This document shows, piece after piece, positions 35,801 to 41,399 of a stretch of 64,000 nt of DNA (within the stretch, counting starts at the first letter, position 1; each line of letters starts with the position of its first letter). Origin of the DNA: a virus (Duplodnaviria > Caudoviricetes); the IMG/VR virus record IMGVR_UViG_3300042469_000933, positions 466-64,465 of that record; one strand, written 5' to 3'. The notes beneath the pieces were generated by a model that worked only from the letters and a program-made list of their open reading frames with translations, had not been told where the DNA came from and ran no database searches. The position numbers were made by a program, and so were the translations under genes.

Positions 35801-36185
35801 TGACCCCCTTGGTCCTCGTGGTCTCCGTAGCCGGCCAAACGCCGTTCTGCTGGGACCTGTTTTGCGGGGCTCGGTAGTATTGGGCCAGCTTCTGTGAACT
35901 AGGCACCATCTGCATGAGCGCTCCGGTGATGTCGATCTCTTCCTGCAGCTCTACCGGCGTTCCGTCCGGGAGCCTCTCAGACTTGGCGTATTTGGGGTCG
36001 TCCCGGTACTTCTCCTTGATCTTCGCCGTATCGAACTCAATGTCGAAATCGCCCGCGTTCGCACGCTGACCGACTCGGTACACGTATTGTCCTGGGTTGA
36101 AGTTTGGATCTGTTGTTGCGCCGCCTTTGATTGCTTCAAAAAAGTCCAACTTTCCCTTCGGTGGACCTTGTTGCTGTTGGGCCAT
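17877..36185 (-). CDS. giant virion-associated RNA polymerase polyprotein (SF1 helicase + zincin + double-psi beta-barrel RNAP + zincin)
   Basis: 6102 aa. RTP...GGDFDGD RNAP catalytic motif (DFDGD at 24561-24575). SF1 helicase motifs GMPGVGKT, IYDEAH, LGDPAQ and LYTAISR. HEAVH and HEALH zincin motifs. Position after the tail genes matches crAss-like phages. Confidence 0.88.
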   Translation of the reverse strand: MAQQQQGPPKGKLDFFEAIKGGATTDPNFNPGQYVYRVGQRANAGDFDIEFDTAKIKEKYRDDPKYAKSERLPDGTPVELQEEIDITGALMQMVPSSQKLAQYYRAPQNRSQQNGVWPATETTRTKGVINPYEYKSIDGERMAADGKSRQEMAASMPFFIDEFGKRQPLKSEHIPSFFHNTRRFAVVPVTTTGPDGDLLEVPGLQAIPRNSPGYGMEMLGGNGPQPLNRNAAQAALYATYNGVVFWANAAKAALGEKQTSDVAFWAKAYHNLENTGLSTAADVERHLGGDWTDGAVPDLERGAITLGARGPGPTQERINAMVQDVHNNLEGYKAAAKQGDVKSRLALEMYNAHQGNTGRGFLERYADRFKIYQDASTFNPSENVEAHGMFGSAEGLGTLFGDMTGFLLPQKAGATLLAQALLKTGAKSLVTRGIINGMTPQLSSLGQRTVAVGSASIPSLTMGQIVYQSARDVGYSHDQAKVQAIVALPIMGIAEMAIGRQWMIRSYMDKGGANVTRDKISEWLSRKIPERMSPLNKALMINSNLAKWWAKEPAGRFGGWAKNSLEAMYTEGKQEGFEEGGYALLEWATDWMTNENRFEKSRPEDYSFSARVLESAVGGFVGTMPMAMLNNGRSRPNPYDKGVAGAVAEGKGKEILDRAATMQQAGTLTEDDVNVLTQDVRLSESIMREFNVADPKTLNLLLQEQDMVTEYAQRRMEMEGINKQLADLNEQPLAEGQTAEQREAEKAELEKSLEVNKQAVAKILDGTELLNRFKQRAMLINSIDAKDEGFANSEQVDVITKRFTDWTAAREARIEEVNLFRQSIGTELSDAIDNLSTAKTSKILDAIIGYRQVTNKVLNAQPGNAAMTREEVQEGYTALANAKQALIADLAKMEALSDTSPNTSFDEAHAAEDPSGALEFEQWITSGLNPQRINALPESDERSIAFRELQILNDQMSMFGKTPAERDAVAQQYMPAAELEGKRSQADLLAEFLKSHPTGDNASVALFRGAIERFKLTETPSIADIQTLASLINLAKSNKEVFKHYSTTMHQVAEKFFGDEKLMKAGSAQSGNAVPPAFAQFKQEKSQVYDPAATIDANQFNQELTDIIADLERQLERMEGMVNKRKEQLDQIRRVDLMLRGSLLLKLAGTAGKLSTKPEFIETVKLMQAELDAFASTPGAIPNDNYEVLVNRAEDMVSELLVTGDETGIALIKETYGDLLNGQLKSASNYYETKSIDNASFPARFNEELFLDDGQKPSIVKAMAGFQYMVGWVSRLSRNRHATVLDAYARFVGTAASTVGYAPNEEQQQRVIEASSFLSNPDHDLTHKLTTIVAPLAQGAIIIPRAITIPGMPGVGKTKMLIPAIVNTVANIKGRKLRVGIIAPGTKNVTELSSAIVMSTKEYTHEPVHITDMSNPPKDLDLIIYDEAHVMDGNAVLQMKGMMEKLPETGALMLGDPAQVPSLRNMSYTFPVQRASMRTAPLQVSFRHNNAEVLRSIDALRSYIASGTQNSIVLPASHYTKNNHGVRYMSGGGISSIYNAFGAHLSESVNNSEFSGDAILIVKDEAQRQEAILAMAKISAFTPGHEARILTMDGGEHSVLGLEANVAFVALDPAGFDNAFGRFLYTAISRGKNGAVALLPNGQSSEVDKIMPIPSDGQSLNEISSRVRGYLSAVHRDLAPRVPADVVPTAPTAPAPPTTAPTDPNAPVVQKGRAPGAMVQVNSKFKKSKQGRAMQDLYGEYLTVVEDDGKVTKVRRQNGDELRIKNSFLKNAKGTPVPTADPNDAEPTTDNEEEPVDDKEGENPIPEDAPAGVPTRVSKRSDSAGTAFISSSASFRWTPKFPNNETALSITNKAFVIRMGVMKAIWSDPGSFTMKLVKRVEGEWTGDNGAAKVPGVEVHVANGAAMVNRILKENKMPQMTQAELEAAGYTMVGSLFMNTLAQDSPFKLEMDRFAEELFANEWEEGKTIAKYSNIPVGELYEGVRNNVEAEAVGDYEAFIQLVERRGLFVTDPVMAHAGSPQGAGWTRKEGTDLVSMPAIVVEVSAWDGAPATKVFMRTKEADSKYYQDLIRELDNVTDEIAAVPSFDRDNIEKTKAFGFIQWNRSVLIKDGQFVVEGLNEFLTINEKGKPQMLRGTRAQGMTPLKWANDLRKAVELVRDSEIMLTKAAMIGNRSAGGMSIIDNTWDLIPSTDRVNLPEFAIGANSSGVIGTGVSSAPYRAPVRRRAASAGDTSRTESQEAAQNYYRKVFGDRFVDNQLDFRSNLQAVDGTALHGVMENGYITLNLDAKGRVLMGVARHEAVHRVLDTLLDDQSRMSIINEASRAYAEKYNIPYWQVTDEQANEFIAEQYESPSYDTSTFFGRFMQWFRAMLGRWGMYSNRIGELLYRIENGEFRGAQDHDLGGRTVVRNSVREDGELPASFDPSTPAPARRPDATGKKRSVNEDMNVLSNIFGSHATAVAVVDDTVREIIGESLYAPPVDSEFGRSLPTLSQAATKVLQGFAARRQRVVASLTDAEGNVKSFDNATKQDVLAMTDAQWSDYVAWYKGDPQVFKMITRVALPNADITQVELADAVEYEANMEIDVEAIENSTANAHDTNENLNPFKRQSDLSRLSLQSMSLIQRMPGGQNRVIGDPYDVDLELMTFLVQQAAQFSIPTQEVSTIESLAESVRKAMAVDPESKEAMYLNTFYKRYLDPDGFYLDQEGNQLRSYAYMTANAGWLLSQYTPNTKEFENIDARIDAAERVLGNVVRMLAELSASNRWLVEHYQGEGTDQFGEAPQPKFNHKRLTFDAISEVLSTMKTSLRDPFFANGPSSISLDNDFRSKWAVGSAKDKATPQFKVTEEGVLDGAGNMLVRRKGLNFSISAEFKTQPEAFAEFFEAIGYPVSARTIDHLLKANEGAEKTLLPSIVGMWAYSIHAGIHRVETGKKDSSLFSNKTIASFNDSYGGVGEETVGDIADRRSDGFGVDEYPMPSMFFALNRALATVENRSKGASYMQRMVGATGKTIYATNLGTAFSKLLPGASQDSHSSKAMEMLARDLAKRDPALLSKEGVPLIPLLDPSNSTARISNVFLGSGVSSRTKETGKNANKLSQGDAFSIGYDLFVRDIMSSRKEERLSIAGTPFGDRDAILLYQLDIPTGDRNQRLFNKTNGSITVNKEPMAAWLRDMFTYRDQVAGNSVRSWAAFFGLPSSAKASEVLAKLNAAQGPGFKYLVKASPLLAMNSDYMIDGDKVSFGHAIMMTDSSIYSRANRDKMLKSDKGAVAVMDEIMEPYFKAFEEMVNGKTETVETKVMENGVEVVKSETVTTPGIGWQHPAVNIDANGRRNMMYGYFVMSHLVNNWVGTVIDGGSHNYKNAQDYIKRSVTAFSPGHEPLIGGQFGMPLEPRIAVFSEMTTIDENGNSVSHLDGQGYTTPWGWAIARRAFGGQEGLVKASVNKRIISTNSIKVKYSEAVISPELYGKNLWLQQITQRSLMAELTGIDGSVIPGTPLLDAWNNAIGDANPEAFAKATDAVMEKAQELGVSDQLVHLLTSESNVKMGLRGVNQLAIDTPLVSLAVDSRFWRLQTVLERTTDPDEMEAPYFTQLSSLFGVSESEASRAQLQVIREIEQKISENYLNKLAVMIQGQSGTTRTEKVQEWMRGIGLRKMSADGRTGQFVDMLTNPNSDINNPILRPKLVEFLANELSRNGINPKMHGQMFTQVSAYGLLTPEVTEQVVDPSEEELANYSVQRDVAAQQSAELEDQTAAMNEWEAQNPAPASQIVKTESMRELLPPRIENGQYMPGEIMIKFVHAATFGITDPSMPIDAMKEQIFRDQGEAGLAAFERYLNVFVTRTPSSGLGSGQWMKIVGFINDSGNSIYTPAGMNVPTGGDFDGDQLSVYFRNVKAQVDEDDGSKLETIEPLDSDDPLTVNQANIMNALWQFYQDPANAEMIMASTGTKDLVAVAEELMAEFPEVYGADAMRMELFTPSHNSLARKMASDGAQLIGIGAQHMKAYGYMMEAALKTMDEKGNSPLFDGWMPQAKDSTGRPVMANINQLLNGMLDNTKLMVMGQLGVNSYNVNLLMGAIINGASMKEAFLMLKDPIIQDAVRTNQLADSYSMSDSGVRKKTLQNAIAAKLGEAMPPEHVVKAMKDHAEWKRTGGVVNGVAIQEPDTEQMNQWLAENPNGLQRIRGLKRLELNATIGEASSALSRVFSINTKGIPHSLEAMKEFKNDTQKTLGVAWAGLANNAVGSGVGEYNDVIDARGIMEQIPSMIGFYGVAEWGRQTLSDSILLAHHLVDNARTDLIQDLGMEFMPNEAGRDWENLVEQALIVGYLNTAHGNSQFRLTRGMEPISLSGPGGHYRYVMEFPGFLKAMMARVERLKNSDPRKILMKQNEFLNSLRIVDKGTPRLEVPKARKIMNDVRESEAVRRAAERLDEIFTGDVANGLNVPMSQMVTLYSMMKDKFAVGSASIARFVPIQEYLRYDSFVNSLHAGVVQYGKLHQVPLNDGSQININKMLDIAKRQFVVGHPRMLPWSAKSAKMRGARYYAEKETVGSMRTYSVFDVNTGELVNSPWSQLGTVIDLAPSSRPALNVHKRWSKSDYDALLRGMDVVIPIAATTGWIMERNEVALPTGQSIKFTKSGDTITLDASTLTGSHKLRNNEDPALANNILKVDSKGFAKSEKSAYGPGHMELKGKQLKEALKVLQSKTEHPMYRQLAEFLGEQLQIHDRDSYVANMRARGRVAGRITSTGDIMLSDGITQLDAEHTLLHEALHRFLMGVMNAPEASLNAWEAEFRKKVETIFNEVKALDPNSDHYGMKDVHEFLAETLSNPDFQQHLRSLAPGSKQNIFWRIINAIRSLFPGYVRNDYVNRITSLSYDYIKRSSRSGIDRMPMGEAFRMSNAAQHGLSPQFKPVTDIRDLVDRFQTDPKAFITHEERQASQYVERLFNRLDRSRIAQELDGIRFSIDGMTDTQIREYLRKNVMPKVSTSDAQTKLKVMDVMNMAGDLEQNWNTKMVFADGNPMTTKETAKWFKEASGHRTGAIYLQYTDLKDPNTIITTSDGRKIPVSELGIKYVPGFDGFNPIVQVYVDGNGKKSVSLLDPTTRGNPGGDTGAGPYLLSVYMHGPFQSALKKLRTHNSSSGARTFLMGLTAMAMKQANPNISFHRIKALSLKDGKDGGVWMSDFIHEVRLLKNIPAFMNEIPDNIKAVLNDETLFDMDAYNQPFLQQYIEFLRTSGEGGSFTETAARDRLRTAAEKAMFSEEGSNANLLDAIRYRQRMMQKDYKQAYLVTDPEYIMLAHLVEDMNQHGRTNPNSIRDTSMVGHLLKNTHNIQSDVVQTVVRKTEQAVMKLAAKNGVFRAEMTARIKALEEKSSFMKVPGGVELADRGWKRFEAMWKLSGEEGVDKVYRKDGTELIGAHTNTLHWNKNDPATAAKLKAGKLTQAELDFANYALDEIHKAMVDKTVHDYKMDMRHWDPVTGIFDEALARKEAEAFVTKHYPRGWVPVVRRPASEAVFNLKFKEAFSTSLGASANMDAIYAQDADRVSGENSGEREKGRVSNTYGSELEIHEPLSKIGGSTRLRRMGLEIVDGKLISEADERNMASTMNLEIILNYVRLATDRQIIHEEETVPVYNGARALLLAKNLEESVDQRFNLKSLEDYAMRMIYNEPIKDTFNVMGVNPAPIMNMAISASSFIGVAWNWKVALASGVMNNLQMLGFSIASSIADDGLFSAKHFAEAVKRMASKKERDKMAALMEKHFINEWQQQDLADSFNKSHTRKLLFSGHAMNIGNFWTDNNTRGMVMMAQMLKDGSWDAYSLTPKGEVVYDEKKDRRWYGADGKLTEDGGVLIKEVKRRLIEQGVVDQKENEPLRLGYDLEMGRTFKWIADKYIIGGMDASQKANLSSAWYGRMFTTFKTYMMDRIYNWHGRDINSDAGGRLVMKTDASGKKMAVWERREITSYVTALGNMFKMLSDAREMGTTDFKNMRPADKRALAKLSYDAILCILCYLIYNGLKDDDDEDSFITAPNKQSAYTYERKMFDMLKQIAWDGAAGSAPGLVYTMAGSGGGSAIPVLNNAWRLMNVPLHPEKALYFAPGGATFADIYDLVSDKTIRKPLND

Positions 36186-36189
36186 GATA

Positions 36190-36229
36190 TGTGAGATTAG
36201 GCCTCTAATCTAAGAAGCCTAATCTCACA
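36190..36229. repeat. 13-bp perfect inverted repeat just upstream of the RNAP start codon
   Basis: TGTGAGATTAGGC (36190-36202) and GCCTAATCTCACA (36217-36229) with a 14-nt spacer. Confidence 0.85.
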
Positions 36230-36249
36230 CGGTTTAATGGTGCGTCCGC

Positions 36250-38415
36250 CTAAGGCTGCGGAGCCATGATGTACTGGTTCAGCACGGCGTCCGGACTTGT
36301 GTGGGAAGCTTGCCCAGGCATTGTAGCCGGTCCGAACTGCTTGTAGATCTCCTCGTTGACATCAGAGCCCTGCATCATCGCCCAGGCCCGGTCTGCACGC
36401 ATGTAGACGTACCCTTCGGAGTCAGTGATGCCGGGGTCCCAACTGCCAACAGTGTATCCACTACCCTTTCTTCGGGCTGCTGCGCCTTCAATGCTCTGAG
36501 GACTCAAGCGAGATTGCTTTTCACCAGTAGCTGCAGCTACGACATTGCCAACAACAGACCCACCGGGGCTGGTTCTTGAGCCCATTCCGGCTGAACCAAG
36601 TGGACCATGGCCAAAAGAAGAGTAGTTCCCGTGGTTCACTGTGTTCCCGAGCGATTCAAATTGCTGTGGGAAGTAGTCCTTTGGCCGGAACTCTTCCCCG
36701 AACGCCAGATCATCATCATCGAAGCGCACCTTGATCTTCAAGAACGGCCAGTAATCGCTTGAGGCACCGCTGTCACTGTTGAGCCTTGGCTTGCCATCGT
36801 TGCCGTACTGGAAGCCATACGCTTCAGCAACATCGGGCTGCGTATCCGCTCCTGTTCCAACAGACCTGTGCATGTAGTACACTTTGGGCTCAACACCGAC
36901 CACATTTAGGTGATCAAGCTCGTCTTTGTCGAACCTACGACCACCCTGTCCAACGACCGTTTGATTGCCAGCAACAGAGCCAAGTTTCAGCGGCTGTTCT
37001 TCGCTGAACTTCGGAGTGTTGTTCTTGTCGTACAGGCCAAGCGCTTGCAGTGACTTTGGCCATACTGAGAAGTCCGGATTGCGCGCATATACGTTGGTTT
37101 GAACACCTTGGGTGTACAGGTCACCAGCCCTTGTTCCGGGTATCGTTCCGTCTTCATAAGCAGCAACCGGGACCGTCATCGTAGTCACTGGTTTCAGTGG
37201 TATCTCGTTGCCGTTCGCGTCGAACTCCTTGGGAATGCCGTTGATCATATGCGCCCAGTAAGGAGTGAGCTTTGGCCGTGGACCACCGCCGCCGTTACCG
37301 TCCATGCCACCCTGCTTGAACAAGCGCGCTTCCGTGAACTGTTCTTGTATCAAGAACTGGCCCACTTGTTCAGCAAGGAGCTTTTCAAGTAGCGTGACCG
37401 GCTCTTTTGACCCATCGATCTGGAACGAAGCATCGTTAGTGGCCAAGTTGTACAACTTCACAGGGTCGAATTTGCCGTCCTTGTCGCGAAGGTCCTTGTA
37501 CGGGTCTTTGCGGTACTCCGGCAACACAGCTCCGTTCTTATCACGACGAACAAAGACCTCCGACTCCAGATACATCTGCTGAACCGAAGCCCACTGCTGC
37601 TTGGTCATGGACGACTGGATCTTCTTGACTGCATGACCGAGGTTCTTGGAGTTGGTCTTCCAGCCTTGGTTGACGATCATTTCAGCGGCCACCTGAGAGT
37701 ATGGATCGGTCGCTGCCTCGCGCAACTGATTCCAAGCGTCGGCGTTGTTCGACAGATTATTCCGGTTCTGAATGAGCCCGGTGCCTTGCATGCTTTTGAA
37801 AATTTCATCCATAAAGCCTTTGGGGTCCGGAACAATGGCGCTGTTCAGGTCTATGTTGCGACCGCTGAAAAGGTTGTAGGACTCCATGTCCTCCCGGCGA
37901 TCAGCAAACTCTCCTGCCGTGATGGGAGCGCTTGGATTGTCGGGGTCCTGATAGGCCATCCCATCCGGACCGAACAGCATGCTTCCTTGTGCATCACGTT
38001 CGGTGACGCGTTTCACCAATCCAGCATGCGCCTCTTTCTCTTGCGTGAGCGATGCTTGAAGTTGTGGAGACGTTGCCTGCGCATACAGCTGTTGAGCCGC
38101 GAGGAACTTCGGATCATTCTTTGCTGCCCAATGGGGATTGGAGTTCTCCTGAAGACTTTCCATCATGGCCGTTCTTGCGGCCAAAGCCCGATTGTATGGA
38201 GTACCAAGGTCAGAAGCCAGGCCAGTGAACTCGGGCATTTTCAAGTCGGACACATGCCCCTTAAGCGCGTCCAAGTCTTTCTGCTTCTGCATCCGGATGT
38301 TCGCCCTCAGCTCAGCCGTTTCTTTCACTGGTGAGAAGTCCAGCTTGAACGGAGTGTATCCGATGAACAACGGGGCATTACTCATGCCGCTCGCTTCGTT
38401 GAAATTGTACTCCAT
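36250..38415 (-). CDS. putative virion cargo/ejection protein
   Basis: 721 aa with a helical N-terminus, between the tail nozzle and RNAP genes. The call is positional. Confidence 0.55.
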   Translation of the reverse strand: MEYNFNEASGMSNAPLFIGYTPFKLDFSPVKETAELRANIRMQKQKDLDALKGHVSDLKMPEFTGLASDLGTPYNRALAARTAMMESLQENSNPHWAAKNDPKFLAAQQLYAQATSPQLQASLTQEKEAHAGLVKRVTERDAQGSMLFGPDGMAYQDPDNPSAPITAGEFADRREDMESYNLFSGRNIDLNSAIVPDPKGFMDEIFKSMQGTGLIQNRNNLSNNADAWNQLREAATDPYSQVAAEMIVNQGWKTNSKNLGHAVKKIQSSMTKQQWASVQQMYLESEVFVRRDKNGAVLPEYRKDPYKDLRDKDGKFDPVKLYNLATNDASFQIDGSKEPVTLLEKLLAEQVGQFLIQEQFTEARLFKQGGMDGNGGGGPRPKLTPYWAHMINGIPKEFDANGNEIPLKPVTTMTVPVAAYEDGTIPGTRAGDLYTQGVQTNVYARNPDFSVWPKSLQALGLYDKNNTPKFSEEQPLKLGSVAGNQTVVGQGGRRFDKDELDHLNVVGVEPKVYYMHRSVGTGADTQPDVAEAYGFQYGNDGKPRLNSDSGASSDYWPFLKIKVRFDDDDLAFGEEFRPKDYFPQQFESLGNTVNHGNYSSFGHGPLGSAGMGSRTSPGGSVVGNVVAAATGEKQSRLSPQSIEGAAARRKGSGYTVGSWDPGITDSEGYVYMRADRAWAMMQGSDVNEEIYKQFGPATMPGQASHTSPDAVLNQYIMAPQP

Positions 38416-38418
38416 GGC

Positions 38419-41394
38419 TTATGCGTTGGCTGCTTTGCGTTCGTTGCGGCGCTGCTTGCGGTATCCGCGGATATCGTACACGTAATTGTCATCGGACATT
38501 ACGTCGTTGCTCTCTCCAGAGCGGAAGGCTTCGTATGAGTCCCACAGACGAGCCTGCTTGCCCATCTGGGAGAGCTGGATCTGGCCGTCCACATAGCTGC
38601 CGTAGCTTTGGCCCATGGCAGACAAGTTGTTCGTCAGCATCTGGCCCTTCATTGCGCGGAACTGGTTGTTTGCGGCCACTTCGTTCTGTGCGAATTGGTT
38701 GAACGCATCGTTGTTGTACTGACGCACCCGGTTCTCATTGGCGTTGTTGTACTGGCGCTCCGTGTTCTGCACCTGTTCGACCTGCATGGCGTTGGTCATT
38801 TTCTGGTTGGCGCCGGCTGCAATGATACCCAACTCCGCACCAAGGTTCTGCCGGCCGCGGAAACTGTACTGCGCCGTCTTCATGTTGCTCTTGGTTTCAT
38901 TGGCAAGCATGTTCTTCAGCGCATTCGTATCCAGATCCAAAGGCTTGTGCTCCAGCTTGCGTGGCGCCATACCGGGCGTGCGCTTGGACAGAAGGTTGTA
39001 CACGAAGCTTCCGGCCGATCCAGCCAGGTTGATGTTCCGGCTGGTCCGGTTCAACCGATTCAGCCAGAGCTCTTCCTGATTCATATCCGTATTCGTCTTC
39101 GTCTCGTCATTCAGCTTGTCCTTTACGGATTGCGTGACCGATTTTGCTGCATCCTTCGCTGCCTTTCCGTTTGGACTCGCTGGATTGCCTACTGAAGCAG
39201 GAACTAGCGGAGTAGGGTCTTGCCTCATGAGTTCCATATATGCGGAAGCACTTTTGTTTGGGAGAGGCGGCGCCGTTGCGTTTAGGTCAATAGGAACTTC
39301 CTCTTGCCACGTAGGAGCCATCGGTGATTGCTCACGATACAGCGAACCTTGCGAAGCAGGAGCTTGTGGGTTGAGAAGGTCGTATGCGCTTGGCGTTACT
39401 CCGCTCACTTCGCCTGGCAATGGAATCGCCGTAGGTGCAAATGGGCTCTGCTCACGCAGCAGTGGATTAACCGGCCCGCCTGGCCCACCAGGTCCGCCAC
39501 GAGAGTAACGACGAAGCTGGCCAGGGTAAGTGGGTTTGGGGAAGTTCTCGTACTGAAACAAGTGACCATCACCTGTTGGAATAGAAGGAACTGAGTTGGT
39601 CAATGCCGGCCACTTGTCATTGGCCATGCGGAGGCGCTGCTCGGCCGCTTTGTAGTCCTCACTCATTCTTGCTTTCCCAAGGTACCGCTCCGCGCTTTGA
39701 CCGTCGAACGAACTATCACTATTGGCGAAGCGATAAGCTGCGTTTGCAGCCCTAACGTAGTCATGCATAACAAGCGAGTCCTGATACATCTGGATCGCAT
39801 GAGGAGTTGGCGCAATTGTCCTTCTCATGGCTTGCGGCCTCTGCTCAAGCGTTCTTGTTATTCTCTGTGCCGGCATTGGTTCGATGGTCCTTGTCATCCC
39901 GCCTGAGGGCATTAAATTACCAGTCAGGTCTCCTCTCCAAAGCTCTCTGGTCGGAAACGGCATTGGCTGAATTGCCCCGATCTGACCAAGAGGGTTTCCG
40001 GGAGAGGGGGGTGGGCCTTGTTCGCTGGGTCCTCCACGAGCGTACTGGCGTACATTGCCGCCTTCAGCATCCGGCCACAATGAGCGCTGGTATTCTGCAA
40101 AGCCAATGCCCATGCTCTTGGCTACCTTGTTCAGCACGTCGTCATGCTCAGCTCCTTCGCCGGATGATACAGCGATAGGGCCGTTCGGCGTCATCATGCG
40201 CTGGTTGTCCTCCGTAGGACCGCCTTGGCCACCGATGACCGTTGGCATGACACCAGCCCTTTGAAACTGCTCTCCTGCACGCTGCATGGAGTTGTTCGGA
40301 ATGATGTTGTTTCCGCCTTGTGCGTAAGCGCGCATGGTGTTACCGCCACGCTTGAACTGAATCACGTCCTGGTTGTAACCACCTTCCTGTGCGTACACGG
40401 AGTTGGCCTCCCTTTGGTCCTGTAGTACCGCGCCGTTGTCAATGATGGCTTGCTTTTCCTTTCTGCGCTGAATGCCACCAGCAACAAGATCGTAGGTAAG
40501 ACCAGCAGCCATGCCAATGCCGCCAACGATTGGGTTGACAGCCAGTAGCGCACTTGCGGCCTTGGTCATCTGGAAGTTGTTGGTTCCGTCCACACCTGGC
40601 GGAAGCATGTTTACGGCTGCTCCGGCAACTGCCGCACCGGCACCAGCGCCTCCTTGCCCCTTCATTGAGTTGTCGAATGGCTTCGGTGTGTTCACCAAGC
40701 CACCGTTTGAATACTTTCTGAGTCGCATGGTATCAGGTGTTGAGTTGGTTGGACCGCCGTTAAAGTAGGCTTTTACGCCTTCTGCCTTGTCGCGATACTT
40801 CAGTTGGTCTTGCGTGAGAAGCTCAAGATCTGCTACGTCTTGCCGTGCCGCTGCAGCTACCCTTGGGTCTACAAAACCACCTCTGAAACGGTAATTGGGT
40901 TCGGGTACATTTTGAACCGGAACGCTTACCGGGGTTCGTACTCCATTTTCTTGCGGAAGACGAGGCTCCATGCGGTCGAGTTGAATCCTCTTGACTGGTG
41001 GAAGTATTTTTTGCTTAGGGGCTGCCCACCTTGGCTGATTTAGAAAAAAATCACCTTCTTCCCCAAGACGAATTGTTACGTTGTTCCCAGACACATTGGA
41101 AGTTGTTTTTGTTCCAGGGTTGTAAATATTTCCGGGCTCGGTAGATCCCCGACGCTCCGCACTAGGAATGCCAAGTCGCCACGATGCGTCACGAAATCGC
41201 ATAAACTTTTCTGCGTTTATGTTGAAACCAAACTCATTCCATTCTGGCTCATGACTTTGATTATGCAGCTCAAGGCTGTCATTATACATCTGTATACGAT
41301 GGTCGTAATCAGCCTTATTCTTGGCACGATACGGTCCAGTGTATGACTTGGCTGGGCCTGTCGGGCCACCAACTGCGTACTTCCTGAGGTTCAT
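38419..41394 (-). CDS. putative virion cargo protein with repeated Y/FxxGG motifs and a hydrophobic Gly/Ala segment
   Basis: 991 aa with YAVGG, YFNGG, YSNGG, FKRGG, YAQGG, YARGG and YSRGG. Hydrophobic AASALLAVNPIVGGIGMAAG segment and a Gln/Asn-rich coiled C-terminus. Confidence 0.65.
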   Translation of the reverse strand: MNLRKYAVGGPTGPAKSYTGPYRAKNKADYDHRIQMYNDSLELHNQSHEPEWNEFGFNINAEKFMRFRDASWRLGIPSAERRGSTEPGNIYNPGTKTTSNVSGNNVTIRLGEEGDFFLNQPRWAAPKQKILPPVKRIQLDRMEPRLPQENGVRTPVSVPVQNVPEPNYRFRGGFVDPRVAAAARQDVADLELLTQDQLKYRDKAEGVKAYFNGGPTNSTPDTMRLRKYSNGGLVNTPKPFDNSMKGQGGAGAGAAVAGAAVNMLPPGVDGTNNFQMTKAASALLAVNPIVGGIGMAAGLTYDLVAGGIQRRKEKQAIIDNGAVLQDQREANSVYAQEGGYNQDVIQFKRGGNTMRAYAQGGNNIIPNNSMQRAGEQFQRAGVMPTVIGGQGGPTEDNQRMMTPNGPIAVSSGEGAEHDDVLNKVAKSMGIGFAEYQRSLWPDAEGGNVRQYARGGPSEQGPPPSPGNPLGQIGAIQPMPFPTRELWRGDLTGNLMPSGGMTRTIEPMPAQRITRTLEQRPQAMRRTIAPTPHAIQMYQDSLVMHDYVRAANAAYRFANSDSSFDGQSAERYLGKARMSEDYKAAEQRLRMANDKWPALTNSVPSIPTGDGHLFQYENFPKPTYPGQLRRYSRGGPGGPGGPVNPLLREQSPFAPTAIPLPGEVSGVTPSAYDLLNPQAPASQGSLYREQSPMAPTWQEEVPIDLNATAPPLPNKSASAYMELMRQDPTPLVPASVGNPASPNGKAAKDAAKSVTQSVKDKLNDETKTNTDMNQEELWLNRLNRTSRNINLAGSAGSFVYNLLSKRTPGMAPRKLEHKPLDLDTNALKNMLANETKSNMKTAQYSFRGRQNLGAELGIIAAGANQKMTNAMQVEQVQNTERQYNNANENRVRQYNNDAFNQFAQNEVAANNQFRAMKGQMLTNNLSAMGQSYGSYVDGQIQLSQMGKQARLWDSYEAFRSGESNDVMSDDNYVYDIRGYRKQRRNERKAANA

Positions 41395-41399
41395 GTTGG

